Program-made: the position numbers and the translations under genes
In this document: in pieces, positions 60,731-64,000 of the stretch
How the letters are laid out: every line of letters begins with the position of its first letter
How positions within the stretch are numbered: the stretch's first letter is position 1
NCBI GenBank assembly: GCA_902496295.1
Contig: CABVAF010000002.1
Location: 131,503 to 195,502 of the forward strand
DNA: 64,000 bases
Reading direction: 5' to 3'
Source of the DNA: an uncultured Clostridium sp.
GTDB taxonomy: Bacteria; Bacillota; Clostridia; TANB77; CAG-508
Notes under the pieces: model-generated
The model's database searches: none
What the model was told of the DNA's origin: nothing
What the model saw: the letters and a program-made list of their open reading frames with translations, nothing else

Positions 60731-63700
60731 TTATTTCTTGCCTATAACTTTCTTTTTGATTAATACAATTCCGACTACTAAGATTGCTGCTACTGCAAAA
60801 GCTATAATTACATAAACATATGTTGCGCTACCAAATGGTGGTAATATCATTACTCTTTCTGCTTTAGCTGCATCTACTTCTGATGGAATTTGTGTTGGGT
60901 CTTGGTTACCAGCTACTGAGTATGCCATTCTTCTACCAACACTGTTTGTTGTCTTAACAATTTCTGCTATATTATCATATGTTAAATCATCTGTTTCATT
61001 CTGTGCTGTTATTAATTGTGATAATACTAACTTAGTACTAATAGATGTATCTGCTGGTTGTGAATTTTCTGTTTCTGGAATTAAAGCTTTCTTCAATGAT
61101 TCTGTTTGAACTATGCTGTTGTATTGATTTATCTCTCTTCCTCCTACATTTGTCTTAATTACTCCTGCTACCGTGCTATTTACTAACTTGCTGCCTTCTC
61201 CATTTTGTCCATTTATTACATCGTCTGTAGAAATAATTGACCAAACATCTGCACTTCCATCTTCTGTCTTATTGTCATCTGCTCTAAATTGTAAGTTATT
61301 ATTTACGTAGTCTAATACTTGGTCTGCACTAGTTGTTACAATGTTACCTGATCTATTTCCTCTATAGTAGAAGTCTTTTCCATCGAAATCTAGCTCGCCT
61401 ACGTTTGTTACTGTAAGAGTATATTCTATTCTTATAGTAGCACCATGCATTAACTCTTCGTCCATATTAATTTGGATTAGTCCGTTGTATCCTCCACCTG
61501 AAGCATGAGATGTAAATTTGTCTGTAATAAGTTCTTTTCTGTATTCATAGTATTCTGTTCCATGTCCGCCTACATCATCTTTATATCTCTCTCCATCTTC
61601 TTTATCTTTATAATCAGTCTCATAAATTGTGTCATTTTGTTCTGTACGTTTACTAATTATATTGTAAGCTTTTCCACTTATCCAAGATAAGTATGGTCCA
61701 TCTGTTGTACTATCTACTATAATTTGTCCATTTGCAAGTGTTACTCTAACATTTGTAACCTTCTTATTTAACTCAAGTTGTGCTTTAGGTCTTTCAACTA
61801 AACCAAAGTCTACATTGTTTAAAGAATACTCTGTGTTTATGTCATTTCCATTTAAGTATAAATTGTCACTATTACTGTTGTAATTGTCATTTCTGCTATC
61901 TGATTCACCGTTTGTATTTGCACTTGAGTTAGAATTCTGTCTGTTATATTCAACTTCTGCTACAATTACACCAGTTTCAGCTTTCATTTCTGTATTTGGA
62001 TTTGGTGTATCATGCTCTGATAATGTTTGTGCTAATTCGTTTGTTACACCGTTTCCATTATTATTACTGTAATTATTTATTTGTTCTCTTCTTGACCAAA
62101 TATCTTTTGCATCTGAATAGTTGTTACTGTCTTGGTCTGCCTTAGCTATATTGTATCCATATAGTCCAGTTTCATTTTGATTTTCTACATCTGTATAGCC
62201 ATCATAATTTCCGTCTTTATTTGTGTCTACATATGCATCTGTTTTTCCACTTTGGTCAATTCCTACTTGGTATGTTGTAGACTTAAAGTCTTGACCATTA
62301 TATGTTGCGTTTTTATCGTTACCATAATTAAACCTTACTATATAGTCACCTGGTATAAATCCTGTAAATTCATAGTTTCCTTTTCCTGCTGTACGTTCAT
62401 CTGCTGATCTCCAGCCACCATTTTCATAAATTTGAACTGGCCCATCTTTTAGTTTGTAACTTCCATCTGTGTCTTTTACTGGATTTCCATGTTCGTCCAA
62501 TTCTATTTCATAAAGTTCTACTAAAATATCATTTACAGTATTTTCATTGTCTTGCCTTATACCGTCTCCTATAGTCGCTCCGTCTACTGTTGTGTTTCTT
62601 TCATCTTCCCAAACTACACCGTTCAGCTTTCTTACAGCTTCATCATCTACATATATATGTAAAGCTTTTGCTCTGTCTGTATCATCTTCGAAGTTGCTCT
62701 CATATCTTTCTTCCTCTAAGTCATCTGCTTCTAAGTTACCTGGTTTAGAATCTATGTCGACTAATCCTGCTTCATCGCTTGAGTCAACTGTTCCGTAATT
62801 TGGTAATACTGTGTTGTCTTTATAATATGTCTTGTAACCATTAATTTCTGCAAAGTTCATCTTGTCTTCATCATCTTCGTTTTCGCTTTCATTAATTATT
62901 ACTTTTCCGCTTCCGTCTGTCTTTATTTTGAATGTTAAGTAAATATATGCTGTCTCGCCAGCTGCTAACTTCTTATCTTCTAATCCTTTTACATATACTG
63001 CATCATAGTTAGCTCTTAAGCCAGTATTTCCATCTGTTATAGTTCTGTCTGTTATATCACTTTCTGTATCTCTGTCATATCTTGTATGATTATCTGAATC
63101 TATAGGCTTATAATTGTCAATTGAGTTACTTGCATCACTTCCTGTTTCATAACCATCCATCATATTGTAGTATTCTTCTGAACTTACATAATTATCATCT
63201 GTATCTGGATTTCCATCATCTTCGTAAGTTACCCAAGATAACTCTTCTTTATATTCAAAGTCTTCATCATAGTAGTCTACTACTTCCATTATTTGACCTA
63301 GAATTGTTTGTGATTGGTTTCTAACAGAAATTTTATATGTTATATATACATCTAATGGAGCACCTGTTCTATTAGGTTGTGTTACATATTCATAATCTGA
63401 TCTGTAAATTGCTCTATTGTGTACAGGTTCATAATAGTTAGCATAGTCTGCCATTCTTAAGTGAATGTCCCAACGTTCTCTTGCAGTATCATTGAATAAT
63501 TTATTTAATGCTTCTTTAAATCCTGCTTCATCGAATACTCCACCATTTGTATATTGTTCTTTTAAACTTGATACCTCAGCTGGTGTAATTACACCATGTC
63601 CATAGCTATCATAATCATAAACTTCTGTTTTTCCATTAATCTTAACTGTTGCTTTATATATATCCTTCTCTAATGCTAAGTCTACTTCTTGTCTTCTCCA

Positions 63701-64000
63701 TAAACCTTGGTTTATATATAATTGACCTAGGTAAACATTTTTATATGTAACGTTTTTCCATGTAGTCTGTGGTATCTTCCATGCGCCTTCTCTTGGTTCT
63801 GTTGTATCTACTTCTACTGTTGTTCCATTAACTACCTCAAATGTTCTATATATATATTCTCCATTACCAACTGCTACTTGTGTATGATCTGCATATGTAG
63901 AAGCATTTTCATCAAATGTTCCATTTGAGTAACTGTTTTCTGGGTATCTATTTCCACTTTCTACATATGTTGTAAATTCATCATATACTGGATATAAATC
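60731..64000 (-). CDS. Second giant surface protein (SdrD-B/CnaB-like and DUF11-like modules, C-terminal hydrophobic anchor). Its 5' end lies beyond the right edge.
   Basis: I checked the frame codon by codon and it stays open from 63454 to 64000. Motifs: NGVVWEDERN...GNYEFTGFIPGDYIVRF, GATIRIEYTLTVTNVG. The tail is LPPFGSATYVYVIIAFAVAAILVVGIVLIKKKVIGKK. Confidence 0.8.
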   Translation of the reverse strand, partial: DLYPVYDEFTTYVESGNRYPENSYSNGTFDENASTYADHTQVAVGNGEYIYRTFEVVNGTTVEVDTTEPREGAWKIPQTTWKNVTYKNVYLGQLYINQGLWRRQEVDLALEKDIYKATVKINGKTEVYDYDSYGHGVITPAEVSSLKEQYTNGGVFDEAGFKEALNKLFNDTARERWDIHLRMADYANYYEPVHNRAIYRSDYEYVTQPNRTGAPLDVYITYKISVRNQSQTILGQIMEVVDYYDEDFEYKEELSWVTYEDDGNPDTDDNYVSSEEYYNMMDGYETGSDASNSIDNYKPIDSDNHTRYDRDTESDITDRTITDGNTGLRANYDAVYVKGLEDKKLAAGETAYIYLTFKIKTDGSGKVIINESENEDDEDKMNFAEINGYKTYYKDNTVLPNYGTVDSSDEAGLVDIDSKPGNLEADDLEEERYESNFEDDTDRAKALHIYVDDEAVRKLNGVVWEDERNTTVDGATIGDGIRQDNENTVNDILVELYEIELDEHGNPVKDTDGSYKLKDGPVQIYENGGWRSADERTAGKGNYEFTGFIPGDYIVRFNYGNDKNATYNGQDFKSTTYQVGIDQSGKTDAYVDTNKDGNYDGYTDVENQNETGLYGYNIAKADQDSNNYSDAKDIWSRREQINNYSNNNGNGVTNELAQTLSEHDTPNPNTEMKAETGVIVAEVEYNRQNSNSSANTNGESDSRNDNYNSNSDNLYLNGNDINTEYSLNNVDFGLVERPKAQLELNKKVTNVRVTLANGQIIVDSTTDGPYLSWISGKAYNIISKRTEQNDTIYETDYKDKEDGERYKDDVGGHGTEYYEYRKELITDKFTSHASGGGYNGLIQINMDEELMHGATIRIEYTLTVTNVGELDFDGKDFYYRGNRSGNIVTTSADQVLDYVNNNLQFRADDNKTEDGSADVWSIISTDDVINGQNGEGSKLVNSTVAGVIKTNVGGREINQYNSIVQTESLKKALIPETENSQPADTSISTKLVLSQLITAQNETDDLTYDNIAEIVKTTNSVGRRMAYSVAGNQDPTQIPSEVDAAKAERVMILPPFGSATYVYVIIAFAVAAILVVGIVLIKKKVIGKK

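Noticed and set aside
1-64000. CRISPR arrays, rRNA or tRNA genes, prophage or integrase genes, and restriction-modification or other canonical defence operons.
   Set aside because: I saw no regularly spaced direct repeats, GC-rich cloverleaf-sized islands, or recombinase, terminase or methylase motifs while reading both strands. Intergenic GC-rich spots are accounted for by terminators and the two palindromic elements.

Overview
Very AT-rich chromosomal segment from a low-GC, endospore-forming Firmicute. It looks Clostridia-like: spoIIE, cwlD, ricT/yaaT, a ydcC-like gene and a clostridial 2x[4Fe-4S] ferredoxin are present. I call about 43 protein genes, mostly on the minus strand, and recognised no rRNA, tRNA or CRISPR array. 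The backbone is housekeeping: dus, rodA-minE-minD, cca, a four-subunit 2-oxoacid:ferredoxin oxidoreductase plus ferredoxin, holB-ricT, lepB, two OmpR/HK pairs, murE, xth, lemA-htpX, tatD, acpS and spoIIE. Accessory and envelope genes are interspersed. (1) Three pseudopilin-like N-termini are fused to binding-type domains: two to cysteine-less FGE-sulfatase-like domains, one to LamG. No pilus machinery is in the window. (2) Two giant repeat adhesins are present, one with thioester-domain-like Cys/Gln motifs. (3) A 2741-aa cyclic beta-1,2-glucan synthase-like gene lies downstream of an ATP-grasp / Asp-racemase / non-DAP MurE module that predicts a D-Asp cross-bridge. (4) A divergent stand-alone RelA/SpoT-domain protein sits beside a 19-bp perfect palindrome flanked by two divergent sigmaA promoters. 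(5) A MazF toxin gene has no adjacent antitoxin gene. (6) c-di-GMP genes are present: a stand-alone HD-GYP and a pseudo-REC protein with a GGDDF motif. (7) A 162-bp nested palindromic intergenic element is unexplained. All functional calls come from motif reading by eye; no searches were run.
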